Of a stretch of 64,000 nt of DNA, positions 9,411-19,055 are shown piece after piece; position 1 is the stretch's first letter, and each line of letters begins with the position of its first letter. The position numbers were made by a program, and so were the translations under genes. Where the stretch lies: contig OY760937.1 in NCBI GenBank assembly GCA_963664225.1, forward strand, positions 2,208,001-2,272,000. The letters run 5' to 3'. Origin of the DNA: Verrucomicrobiia bacterium. Its GTDB lineage: Bacteria; Verrucomicrobiota; Verrucomicrobiia; Limisphaerales; UBA1319. The notes beneath the pieces were generated by a model, which saw only the letters and a program-made list of their open reading frames with translations, searched no databases and had not been told where the DNA came from.

Positions 9411-10919
9411 CTACTTCCGCACCGGCTTTTTCAGCGGTTTGACTGCGCTCGGTTTCGCGGGCGCTGGCGGGGGGACCGGCGCTTTTTTGACAGGCGTCAG
9501 ATTCACCAGCTTCAACGCAATGTCGTCCTTATAGACTGGCGAGACGAGCGTGGCCACGCCGTTGGGATGCTCGATGTTCTGGGCCATCTCCTCCGTGCCC
9601 GTGCTGGGATTGAACCACGCCACGCGGTAAGTGCCGGCGGGCAGATCGAGCAGCAGCCCCCTGGCCTGAGTGCCGCCCTGGAGGTAAACCGCGTAGGACT
9701 TGCCCGGCTCGGCCAGCACCCGCGCCGTCGCGCCTGCGGGAACACCGCCTTTGATGATCCCATTGGCCGGCTTCATTTTCACCAGGTCGAACGTGTGAAT
9801 GAACTCCTGCAAATGCATGAGCTGCCGCCGCAACGCCACGCTGCCGCCCCCCGGTTGATTGGCGGGATACGCGAACGTGCCGTCTTCGTGTCCCACCGTA
9901 AATGAATAATCCAGGTTATTGTAGAGTGCGCCTCCGGCCATGATGAAGTCCCAGCCCTCGCGCCGGTAGGTGAAATCGTTGGTGCCCTTGAACCCGGTCT
10001 CATTGTCCCCGATGACCTTGCCCAGACCATAGTTCATGGGAACCGTTTCCGGCGGCGTGGCGTAATGAAAATTAAAAATCGAGACCGCCGGATGCGGATT
10101 TTCAACCTTCGCCTTGTCGTTGGCGATGTTCTGGGAAATCAGGTGGATGCGCCCCAGCTTTTTCTCGGTCTCGACGATCACATCCGCAATATGCCGCTGC
10201 CAGTCGAGCGTGACGCCGCCGAAGTAAGGCTCGTTGCAAATCTCGTAATACACATTATCGAAATCCTTCAGCGCGGTCACAATCTGGCGCACCATGGACT
10301 CCTGAATGGCGAGCAACCCGCCGTTGTTATCCAGCGTATAGACATTCGTGCGGGCGATGTCGCCGACCGCGTTGACATTGTTTTTGGCGTTGAGCGGGCT
10401 GATCTCCCATTGCGACTCATCGTAGAACGGGCAGAAGAGATTCATCTCCACAATGATCCCGCGCCGTTCCGCCTGGCCCACGAAATCCCGCAGCCGGATA
10501 AAATAGGCCGGATTCCATTGCGTCAGATCATATTTGACCGTCGTCCCGCCCGGCGCATTGGTCTTGACCCAGGGGCAGATAAAGCGGTCGGCCTTGGGCG
10601 CCAGGACATTGTTGGCGATGTTAAACGCGCCCGCCGGTTCGTAATACGCCCCCGAAAAGGTCCGCGTCAGGTTGAGCTTGTTGGACTGGAGCGTATCCAG
10701 ATACTTGACGTAGTTGAAATCCAGATTCAGCACCGCTCCGTAATGCTCGCCGGAAGTGATGAGCACCTGCGGCCTGCCGTGATAAAGGAAGTAATGCGGA
10801 TTGGCCGGATGCAACGCCAGCGGCGCGCCGAAAAGCGCATTTCCGGAAACGAGCGCCAGTGCACACAGATGGCACAGACCGCGCATGGCCGTGGCAACGA
10901 TCGAGCGGAGTGATTTCAT
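9411..10919 (-). CDS. Secreted glycoside hydrolase-like protein (GH5/DUF4038-like) with C-terminal beta domain
   Basis: Signal peptide, EICNEPY acid/base motif, DNETG, Pro/Lys-rich tail. Start chosen at MKSLRS. Confidence 0.7.
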   Translation of the reverse strand: MKSLRSIVATAMRGLCHLCALALVSGNALFGAPLALHPANPHYFLYHGRPQVLITSGEHYGAVLNLDFNYVKYLDTLQSNKLNLTRTFSGAYYEPAGAFNIANNVLAPKADRFICPWVKTNAPGGTTVKYDLTQWNPAYFIRLRDFVGQAERRGIIVEMNLFCPFYDESQWEISPLNAKNNVNAVGDIARTNVYTLDNNGGLLAIQESMVRQIVTALKDFDNVYYEICNEPYFGGVTLDWQRHIADVIVETEKKLGRIHLISQNIANDKAKVENPHPAVSIFNFHYATPPETVPMNYGLGKVIGDNETGFKGTNDFTYRREGWDFIMAGGALYNNLDYSFTVGHEDGTFAYPANQPGGGSVALRRQLMHLQEFIHTFDLVKMKPANGIIKGGVPAGATARVLAEPGKSYAVYLQGGTQARGLLLDLPAGTYRVAWFNPSTGTEEMAQNIEHPNGVATLVSPVYKDDIALKLVNLTPVKKAPVPPPAPAKPSAVKPLKKPVRK

Positions 10920-11036
10920 GAAGCCAAAATAGCGAATTTCCTGAAAATGGAAATAATTAATAGATGAATCAAACGCACTTTTCGAGTTCAAGAATTCCAA
11001 TCATTCGGTCAGTCATCCAAACATCCAGTAATCCAG

Positions 11037-11537
11037 TCAACCTTTTGCCCAAAAACCCTCGTGGAAAACAGCGGCGCCCTTTGGGATGGTTTTCGCGAAC
11101 GGCAGCGCCAGCACGTACTCCTGCGGAACCCCCTCGTGCGTTAATTCTGGATAGGACCTGAACCCGAAGCGCTCATAGTATTTTGGATCGCCCACAAGCA
11201 CACACCCCTGGGCTTCCCGCGCCTGGAGCAGGGACAGCCCCTCACTGACCAGCGCCTTCCCAATGCCCTGCTTCTGGCAGGATGGCAATACAGACAGCGG
11301 GCCGACACCATACCAATCCCGGCTCCCATCCGAAATGGTGATCGGCGAAAAAGCGATATGCCCCACCACTTTTCCATCCAACTCCGCGACCAATGAAATG
11401 GACAGCGCGCGCGCGGCCCGCAACGCATTGATGATGAATTGCTCTGTCTGGTGGCTGAATGGATGATGCTCGAAGGCCGCCTTGGTGACCTCGAATATCG
11501 CCTCAATGTCGGATTCCGTTTCCTTGCGTATGATCAC
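11037..11537 (-). CDS. GNAT N-acetyltransferase (YhbS-like)
   Basis: VGHIAFSP, QKQGIGKAL, VLVGDPKYYERFGF; GTG start inferred. Confidence 0.9.
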   Translation of the reverse strand: MIIRKETESDIEAIFEVTKAAFEHHPFSHQTEQFIINALRAARALSISLVAELDGKVVGHIAFSPITISDGSRDWYGVGPLSVLPSCQKQGIGKALVSEGLSLLQAREAQGCVLVGDPKYYERFGFRSYPELTHEGVPQEYVLALPFAKTIPKGAAVFHEGFWAKG

Positions 11538-11751
11538 ATGGACAAAATAGCTCGAATATTCCTCACACATCAAGTCATATATTACATGCAGTAACGGCAT
11601 CAACGTTATGGCCTGGCCAATCTGCATTTAATATCCGGAGGCGAATCGCCATGTGATGAGCCGTGGTTTTTTTAAAGACCGACAACGAACGATATTATGG
11701 GTGGCCACTTTTCGGTCGTATTATAATCTCGGTCAGGCAGCATCACGCATT

Positions 11752-11976
11752 ATGAAAAACGCAGTCATCATGGGAGTCATGTCAGCCACCTTTGCATTGG
11801 TCGGTTGCAGCAAAGAGCCGTCGAATAGTTCCACTACACCTGCGTCTGGCACCAATTCGACCGCGGTTACCAATGCCAGTCCTGAATTCTTATTAGGAGC
11901 CACCACCATCAACGGTACCAATGTTTCACGCACAAATGTATCCGTTGGGGTCAGGACACGTGAGACGTCAAAATGA
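11752..11976 (+). CDS. Small Ser/Thr/Asn-rich lipoprotein
   Basis: MKN start, hydrophobic core, lipobox LVGC. Confidence 0.6.
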   Translation: MKNAVIMGVMSATFALVGCSKEPSNSSTTPASGTNSTAVTNASPEFLLGATTINGTNVSRTNVSVGVRTRETSK

Positions 11977-12165
11977 AAAAGGGGTCACAAAAAATGTTCT
12001 GAAAGTGCGATGGAAATCAGACCATAACCTACGCTTCACCGTTTTCTCCCTGGCATGGAGTCCCGAGCTTCAGCCGACGCGGCCATCGCATCGTTGAGAG
12101 CCTGCAAATCGGCCATCCCCTCCAAATTCAAACTCCCCCCTGCGCGCGCCACCCATCCTCCGGCC

Positions 12166-12266
12166 AACCCGGAACGGGTTGCAATCATTCAGACCCGGGT
12201 TGCCCGCCCAGGGCTACCCGGGGCCGCCGTCCCCTCGGAATCCCCAACGCTGTAAGCGTTGAATCA
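12166..12266 (+). repeat. Dispersed REP-like element (AACCCGGAACGGGTT family)
   Basis: Same element at 13376, 14223 and 15554, and inverted at 47717-47820. Confidence 0.8.
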
Positions 12267-12578
12267 AATCCCTTTCCTCATCCCGTACATCCCCCCCCAT
12301 TCGTTGCCGCCACACGCGATGCTCCATTGCGCGGCGACGGTTGAAACACCCGTGGCGGAGCGCCGATTTTCAATCGGCTTATCGCATCCGCTGAAACCAG
12401 TAGGCGGGAATATCCTTTTGTAAAATTGAATTTGCGATGTGCTGGGATTGCCGCTCCCAAAAGCCCAACCACGTGCCTTCTCCCTGCCACCATGCCAATG
12501 CAAGTGGGCTATTTCACTGGAGAAATTTGTCGTGCACCCGAGACCCAATGCTTTTGTTGCCCCGGCGCTTCAAAGGGA

Positions 12579-13115
12579 TCACGCCCGACCCCGCATAAAA
12601 ACCGCCCAGGTGGCGCGCATCGATGAAAACGCCAGGTCGTCGGGATTCACGGTCACGGGATCGAGCCACAGGACGCTATCCACCTCCACGGGCGAGCCTA
12701 CTTCGCCGGCTTGATCGGCCGTGGCCGTAAAGAAAAGGTCCACCACGGGATACGTGATTTCCTTGTAAAAATAACGATTGGTCTGGGAGCAGAGGAAGGC
12801 GACCTCGCGAATGGGGATGTTCACCTCCTCGCGGACCTCCCGGGTCAGCGCGTCCTCGGCGCGTTCTCCAATATCGATAAATCCACCCGGGAACGCCAGC
12901 TTGCCCCGGGACGGCTCCTTGGCGCGGCGGATGAACATGATTTGCCCCACGCGATTGCGGATCAGGGCGGCCACGGCCACGGCGGGGTTGAAATAGAGCA
13001 CCAGGTGGCACGCGGGGCATTCGATCACAGCCGAACGCGGGCGGATCAGTCCGTCATGGCCGCAGCGTGGGCAAAACCGATGACATTGAACAGGTTCCAT
13101 TACCGCAGGTTCCAT
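12579..13115 (-). CDS. NUDIX hydrolase with N-terminal zinc ribbon
   Basis: FCPRCG..CPAC and Nudix box GGFIDIGERAEDALTREVREEVNI. The longer ORF start runs into repeats. Confidence 0.88.
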   Translation of the reverse strand: MEPAVMEPVQCHRFCPRCGHDGLIRPRSAVIECPACHLVLYFNPAVAVAALIRNRVGQIMFIRRAKEPSRGKLAFPGGFIDIGERAEDALTREVREEVNIPIREVAFLCSQTNRYFYKEITYPVVDLFFTATADQAGEVGSPVEVDSVLWLDPVTVNPDDLAFSSMRATWAVFMRGRA

Positions 13116-13317
13116 GAATGGGGAACCTAACGCACCCCGCCGCAAAACACCATCCAATTGTGGCTCACCCTGAATTTCCCTCATGAAACAACCCACGCAG
13201 ACGCATTTTCCGAATCGTTCAAACTTTCCTGCGATCCGCCCTGCTTCTTCTTTCTGGAAAGCCAGAATGAGCGCGTGTGTCAATTCCGTTTTGCATTTAA
13301 TTGTCCATTGACCATTT

Positions 13318-16300
13318 TCAATTATCCATTCTGCCCTCACCCACGCCCATCCTCTTCCAAAGCCTCCTCACCTCCAACCCGGAACGGGTTGGAATCCCCA
13401 ACCCCAACGCGGGTTGAATCACCCCCCCACGCCGGACAACCCGGAACGCAAATTCCACGTCAAACCACTCAAATCACATGGTCTGGAAACCGATGATCCT
13501 GCAGCTAAAAGTGTAATGCCATGGGTGACGCCTTTCTCGGCGCGCGACGGCCGAGGCTTCTGTATGGAGTCCCGTCTTTAGACGGCGCAGCGCTCAAAAG
13601 AGAGGGGTCATGAATATTTTTAACCCCCTCGATAATCCGAAAACCTTTGCGAATTCCCCAAGCTCACCATTCCCCTGTCTCCCATTCAAACAATCCCCCG
13701 CCCATCCCACCTGCTTGCGCGTCCAAACCGCAACTCGTAGCGCAGGTTTCAAACCTGCCGTATCGCAGATTTCCAATCTGCTAACCGTCTCACATTCACA
13801 GAGCGCACCACAAAAACCTCCGATCCGCGGAAACGCCTTAAGACCCCATTGCAGACTCACCCAACCTAATCAACCGCCCGCGCGATCTCGCAAAATCTTT
13901 GTTCCCGCCTCCCATTCAAACAATTCCCTTCAGGCATCCCGGCAGGGATGGCAGCGATTAGCCGGGGGTCAAGGTCGTCCGCGACCGACACCCCCGGACG
14001 CATAACCCAAACGACCACGATCCCGGCAGGGATCGCAGACCCTTTTCAATGAGGTCGTGCGTCCCCGACCCTGCGAATCGCAATCAAAATCTCCATCGCA
14101 TCGCCTGTTTTTCCACCTTCCAAACCATCCAATTCTCCCCGCGACTTGCGAAACTTCCATTCCCTCAATTATCCATTCTTCCCTCACCCACGCCCATCCT
14201 CTTCCACAACCTCCCGGCCGCCAACCCAGAACGGGTTGGAATCATCCAGCCCCGGGTTGGCCGCCGAGGCCTACCCGGGGTAATCGCCCCCTGGAATCCC
14301 CAGCCCCAACGCGGGTTGAATCACCCCCCCCGCCGTGCAATCCGAAACACAAATTCCGCGTCAAACGCACTAAAATACCCTGATCTGGAAACCGATGATC
14401 CTGCAGCTAAAAGTGTAATGCCCTGGGTGACGCCTTTCTCGGCGCGCGACGGACGAGGCTTCTGTATGGAGTCCCGTCTTTAGACGGCGCAGCGCTCAAA
14501 AGCGAGGGGTCATGAATATTTTTAACCCCCTCAATAATCCGAAAACCTTCGCGAATTCCCCAAGCTCACCATTCCCCTGTCTCCCATTCAAACAATCCCC
14601 CGCCCATCCCACCTGCTTGCGCGTCCAAACCGCAACTCGTAGCGCAGGTTTCAAACCTGCCGTATCGCAGATTTCCAATCTGCTAACCGTCTCACATTCA
14701 CAGAGCGCACCACAAAAACCTCCGATCCGCGGAAACGCCTTAAGACCCCATTGAAGCCTCACCCAACCGAATGAACCGACCGCGCGAATTCGTAAAACCC
14801 ACATTCTTCCCGCCTCCCATTCAAACAATTCCCTTCAGGCATCCCGGCAGGGAACCGCAACTCGTAGCGCAGATTTCCAATCTGCTAACCGTCTCACATT
14901 CACAGAGCGCACCACAAAAACCTCCAATCCGCGGAAGCCCTTTAATACCCCATTGAAGCCTCACCCAACCAAACGAACCACCCACGCCATTTCGTAAAAC
15001 CCACATTCTTCCCGCTTCTCATTCAAACAATTCCCTTCAAGCATCCCGGCAGGGAACCGCAACTCGTAGCGCAGGTTTCAAACCTGCCGTATCGCAGATT
15101 TCCAATCTGCTAACCGTCTCACATTCACAGAGCGCACCACAAAATTCTCCGGTCTGCAGAAGCCCTTTAATACCCCATTGAAGCCTCACCCAACCGAATG
15201 AACCGACCGCGCGAATTCGTAAAACCCACATTCTTCCCGCCTCCCATTCAAACAATTCCCTTCAGGCATCCCGGCAGGGATGCAAGCGATTAGCCGGGGG
15301 TCGAGGTCGTCCGCGACCGACACCCCCGGACACATAACCCAAACGACCACGATCCCGGCAGGGATCGCAGACCCTTTTCAATGAGGGCGTGCGTCCCGCC
15401 CGGTGAATCGCATCCAAAACCTCCATCGCATCGCCACGTCTATCCACCTTCCAAACCATCCAATTCACCCCGCGACTCGCGAAACTTCCATTCCCTCAAT
15501 TATCCATTCTCCCCTCACCCACGCCCATCCTCTTCCAAAGCCTCCTCACCGCCAACCCGGAACGGGTTGGAATCATTCAGCCCCGGGTTGGCCGTCGAGG
15601 CCTACCCGGGGTAATCGCCCCCTGGAATCCCCAACCCCAACGCGGGTTGAATCAAACCCCCACGCCGGACAACCCGGAACGCAAATTCCACGTCAAACCA
15701 CTCAAATCACATGGTCTGGAAACCAATGATCCTGCAGCTAAAAGTGCAATGCCATGGGTGACGCCTTTCTCGGCGCGCGACGGCCGAGGCTTCTGTATGG
15801 AGTCCCGTCTTTAGACGGCGCAGCGCTCAAAAGCGAGGGGTCATGAATATTTTTAACCCCCTCGATAATCCGAAAACCTTTGCGAATTCCCCAAGCTCAC
15901 CATTCCCCTGTCTCCCATTCAAACAATCCCCCGCCCATCCCACCTGCTTGCGCATCCAAACCGCAACTCGTAGCGCAGGTTTCAAACCTGCCGTATCGCA
16001 GATTTCCAATCTGCTAACCGTCTCACATTCACAGAGCGCACCACAAAAACCTCCGATCCGCGGAAGCCCTTTAATACCCCATTGAAGCCTCACCCAACCG
16101 AATGAACCGACCGCGCGAATTCGTAAAACCCACATTCTTCCCGTCTCCCATTCAAACAATTCCCTTCAAGCATCCCGGCAGGGAACCGCAACTCGTAGCG
16201 CAGGTTTCAAACCTTGCATCGCGGATTTCTAATCCGCAAACCATCTCACATTCACAGAGCGCACCACAAAAACCTCCGATCCGCGGAAGCCCTTTAATAC

Positions 16301-16522
16301 CCCATTGAAGCCTCACCCAACCAAACGAACCACCCGCGCCATTTCGCAAAACCCACATTCTTCCCGTCTCCCATTCAAACAATTCCCTTCAAGCATCCCG
16401 GCAGGGATGCAAGCGATTAGCCGGGGGTCAAGGTCGTCCGCGACCGACACCTCCGGACACGCAACCCAAACGAATACGATCCCGGCAGGGATCGCAGACC
16501 CTTTTCAATGAGGGCGTGCGTC
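13318..16522. repeat. Nested tandem array of three composite units (13318, 14165, 15496) built from several REP-like palindromes
   Basis: Anchor GATCCTGCAGCTAAAAGTG at 13495/14397/15728; sub-unit CCGCAACTCGTAGCGCAG at 13728/14630/14855/15057/15961/16186. Confidence 0.95.
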
Positions 16523-16707
16523 AATCCCCACCAAGTCCTCCGCCAGATCCTCCGCAATAACGCACCCAATTTTTCCGCGGCAAACCACTATTATCTTGCT
16601 TTACACGGCGATACAGGGTTAATCTCCCCGAAAGGGCGCCGGCAACCCGGTTTGTTTCCGGCGTCTGAGTTAGAGCCAATAAATACTGATCGACCGCCAC
16701 CCACGCC

Positions 16708-17136
16708 ATGCCACCATCAAACCTTAATCCCGGAGATAAAGTCGTCGTGCTTGCCGCACTCGCCGTTTCGGCTGCGGTTGCGACTGGTGCTGTGTCTGGT
16801 GCCTGGGTTGTCTGGCTCATCAAGAAGAGTTGGCTGGCATCAGCGGGAGCTCTTATCGCTGGCGCAGTTATCGGCTTTTCGGTGAGTCAGATATTGGTGC
16901 GCATTCTTTACCGCACACCTGACGGTAAGACGACCATCGTGAAGATTGGCAGTGCGGGATTATCCGCAACCATTCCGGCCGGACTGGCTGGAGGCATTAC
17001 CACAGCCATTGCTGTTGGTCTCTTCGCTATGTTACTTTTTGGCGCGAAGAGTCAGGCATTGTCTTTATTCGGCGTTGCCATCGGTTGTGGCATCGTTTTC
17101 GGCATGCTATTCGCTTTTTTGGGTTCACTGACATGA
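16708..17136 (+). CDS. Cassette-like membrane protein 1
   Basis: 142 aa, about four Gly/Ala-rich hydrophobic helices; followed by an attC-like site. Confidence 0.75.
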   Translation: MPPSNLNPGDKVVVLAALAVSAAVATGAVSGAWVVWLIKKSWLASAGALIAGAVIGFSVSQILVRILYRTPDGKTTIVKIGSAGLSATIPAGLAGGITTAIAVGLFAMLLFGAKSQALSLFGVAIGCGIVFGMLFAFLGSLT

Positions 17137-17158
17137 GATTTCAGATCACACATCGGCA

Positions 17159-17256
17159 ACCCAACAATTCTCCGCAGCCAACCGCCGTTGGCGCTGTCGG
17201 TTCCGCCATTGCAGTCCACGCCGCGAGTCGGCAGGACTCAGCTTTCTACGGTATCC
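17159..17256 (+). mobile_element. attC-like site 1 (R' degenerate)
   Basis: ACCCAAC (RYYYAAC) then shared core CCAACCGCCGTTGGCGCTGTC..CGAGTCGGC. Confidence 0.7.
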
Positions 17257-17269
17257 CGCATCACACTTT

Positions 17270-17596
17270 ATGAAAGTCTTTCCGTGGCTTTTGACTATGG
17301 CATTTGCAGTCGTTTGTTTTGCTTGCTGGGCTATGTCGGGACTCGCGTTGCGTTCCCTCGGCGACACCCATTGGGAGTCGTTGCCTGCAGTTACGGTCTT
17401 GGTGATTCGTCCGAATGGTTGGATTCTTGCCTGTCCGTTTCCGTGGGTGGTCTATTCTCTGGTTCTCACGATGCGTCGAGAGGTGACACCGGCTGCCGCT
17501 TTTCTTTTTGCAGGCACAATGTTTCTGGCATTGACAATTCTTGTATGTGCGGTATTCATTGCATGCGTTATTCCTTTCATTACCTTGAAGGCATGA
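17270..17596 (+). CDS. Cassette-like membrane protein 2
   Basis: 108 aa, three hydrophobic segments, between attC-like sites. Confidence 0.7.
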   Translation: MKVFPWLLTMAFAVVCFACWAMSGLALRSLGDTHWESLPAVTVLVIRPNGWILACPFPWVVYSLVLTMRREVTPAAAFLFAGTMFLALTILVCAVFIACVIPFITLKA

Positions 17597-17615
17597 GTGA
17601 AAGACACTTTATGTC

Positions 17616-17714
17616 GCCTGCCAAGTCGCCAGAACCTGCCGCCGAGGGCGCTGTCTGCTCCACTTCGCAGACGAAGGGTTTTATCCGGCGATGGCTCGGC
17701 TTTCTGCGGTAGGC
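17616..17714 (+). mobile_element. attC-like site 2
   Basis: GCCTGCC...GGTAGGC near-complementary ends, same internal core, about 99 nt. Confidence 0.65.
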
Positions 17715-17727
17715 CACAAGACACGTT

Positions 17728-18063
17728 ATGGGCACATTCGCATGGATAGCAGCAATGGCTGGTATTGCGTATTTAATTACGCGGTTACTTTGTCGGCGGA
17801 CTATTGCAGTACATCGTCAGCCTTCCTATCTGCTGGCGGTGATTGGATCATTTTGCGCCCCGCTCATAATGCCATTTATGATTTTCGGCAGTCGTCTGTT
17901 CACTCGCCATTTTTGGACAGACCTTTTTAATGATGACCGTTTACCGGCAGTTATTTTTGTGCCGCTTGTTTTTGGGGTTTGCTTTGTTGTGAGCCTTGTT
18001 CCAGCGCTGCTGGCCGTCTGCCACTGTCGGCATAAATTGAGAAATGAAAACCATGTGGCCTAA
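17728..18063 (+). CDS. Cassette-like membrane protein 3
   Basis: 111 aa; its stop codon lies inside the R''-like box (GCCTAA), typical of integron cassettes. Confidence 0.75.
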   Translation: MGTFAWIAAMAGIAYLITRLLCRRTIAVHRQPSYLLAVIGSFCAPLIMPFMIFGSRLFTRHFWTDLFNDDRLPAVIFVPLVFGVCFVVSLVPALLAVCHCRHKLRNENHVA

Positions 18064-18156
18064 AATGTCTCCGGAACCAGTCGCCCTTAACGCTGTCCGT
18101 TCCGCTGTCGCGGTTCACGCCACGAGTCGGCGGTGGCCGGCCTTTCTAATTTAGGT
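18058..18156 (+). mobile_element. attC-like site 3
   Basis: GCCTAAA...TTTAGGT ends; CCGGAACCAGTCGCC pairs with GGCGGTGGCCGG leaving unpaired bases. Confidence 0.75.
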
Positions 18157-18175
18157 GGCATTGAACGTTTGCCGT

Positions 18176-18484
18176 ATGAAGCCAAAATATATCGTAGCGG
18201 TGATTCTCATACTGGTCGGCACGAACCTTTTCACCTATGCGACTGCCCGCTACTGGACGACGGGTTATGTTTTGACGCGCGCTAAGGAGCGCACCTATGC
18301 GGCACTCAGAAAAGAGGGACTGGATTATTTGATTTATCCTCCAGAAAAGATAATCGCTTCGAAACCGAACTTCTCCGTTTTCATGGCCATCAATCAGGCT
18401 GGCGGAATGTACTATTGGTGGAATGATGGATTGCTTTATTGGGGATTGGGCAGTGTTCTAGTTATTTATTGGTTACACAATTAG
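18176..18484 (+). CDS. Cassette-like membrane protein 4 (3' end possibly frameshifted)
   Basis: MKPKYIVAVIL start, two hydrophobic segments. Confidence 0.65.
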   Translation: MKPKYIVAVILILVGTNLFTYATARYWTTGYVLTRAKERTYAALRKEGLDYLIYPPEKIIASKPNFSVFMAINQAGGMYYWWNDGLLYWGLGSVLVIYWLHN

Positions 18485-18496
18485 CGTCCAAGGATC

Positions 18497-18940
18497 ATGA
18501 TGATGCCTAAACAGTCGCCATCACCAACTGCCGTAGGGACTTTCCGTTCCTTTGTCGCGGTTCTCCTCTTGGTGCTCACTGGCTGTCAGTTCACTCCCTC
18601 ACCCACCAGCAAGAGCGTCACGGCAAACGATGTTGTTGGAGTATGGTCGTTTACTGAAGACTACGGCAAGACCACCGTGTTCATGACATTCCTGCCTTCC
18701 GGTGAATTTACGCAACGGGTTGTTGCGGTCACCTACACGAATACTCAGGTTGGCAAATGGTCATTGGATGGCCCGCATTTGCAGCTCACCGACTTTTTGG
18801 CGGAGATTGATGGCGGTTGGAAGCCATATTCGATGCACTGGTATTTCATTGATGGTGATCAGAGGTTGGATATTTTTGGGGGTGCATTCCCAGACCCGGA
18901 TGCCTATCAGCACTTGAGGTATTTGAGAGCAGCACCATGA
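18497..18940 (+). CDS. Cassette-like lipoprotein whose 5' end is an attC left half
   Basis: Lipobox LTGC and VVGVWSF..GKWSLDG small beta domain; nt 18505-18563 match the attC-like core. Confidence 0.7.
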   Translation: MMMPKQSPSPTAVGTFRSFVAVLLLVLTGCQFTPSPTSKSVTANDVVGVWSFTEDYGKTTVFMTFLPSGEFTQRVVAVTYTNTQVGKWSLDGPHLQLTDFLAEIDGGWKPYSMHWYFIDGDQRLDIFGGAFPDPDAYQHLRYLRAAP

Positions 18941-18947
18941 AAAAAAC

Positions 18948-19046
18948 GTCTGACCAGCCGACGCAGCTAACCGCCGTTTCCACTTTCCGTTCCCCTATCG
19001 CGGTTCACGCCGCGAGTCGGCGGTGTCTCAGCATGATTCGTTTGAA
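18948..19046 (+). mobile_element. attC-like site 5
   Basis: GTCTGAC...GTTTGAA ends with core TCGCGGTTCACGCCGCGAGTCGGCGGTG. Confidence 0.7.
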
Positions 19047-19055
19047 TTGGAGTAT

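Noticed and set aside
13594..16511. Repeated ORFs in the track (MNIFNPL.., MFEWE..)
   Set aside because: They are translations of the palindromic repeat array with inconsistent stops and frames between copies.
16620..16707. Possible attI site before the first cassette (GTTAGAG)
   Set aside because: Does not fit GTTRRRY and there is no adjacent integrase.
17188..17712. 174 aa ORF spanning attC-like sites
   Set aside because: Alternative frame over cassette 2 and repeat DNA.
13318..19046. CRISPR array interpretation of the repeats
   Set aside because: Units are 100-1300 nt, intervening DNA is repeated or protein-coding rather than unique short spacers, and no cas genes are present.
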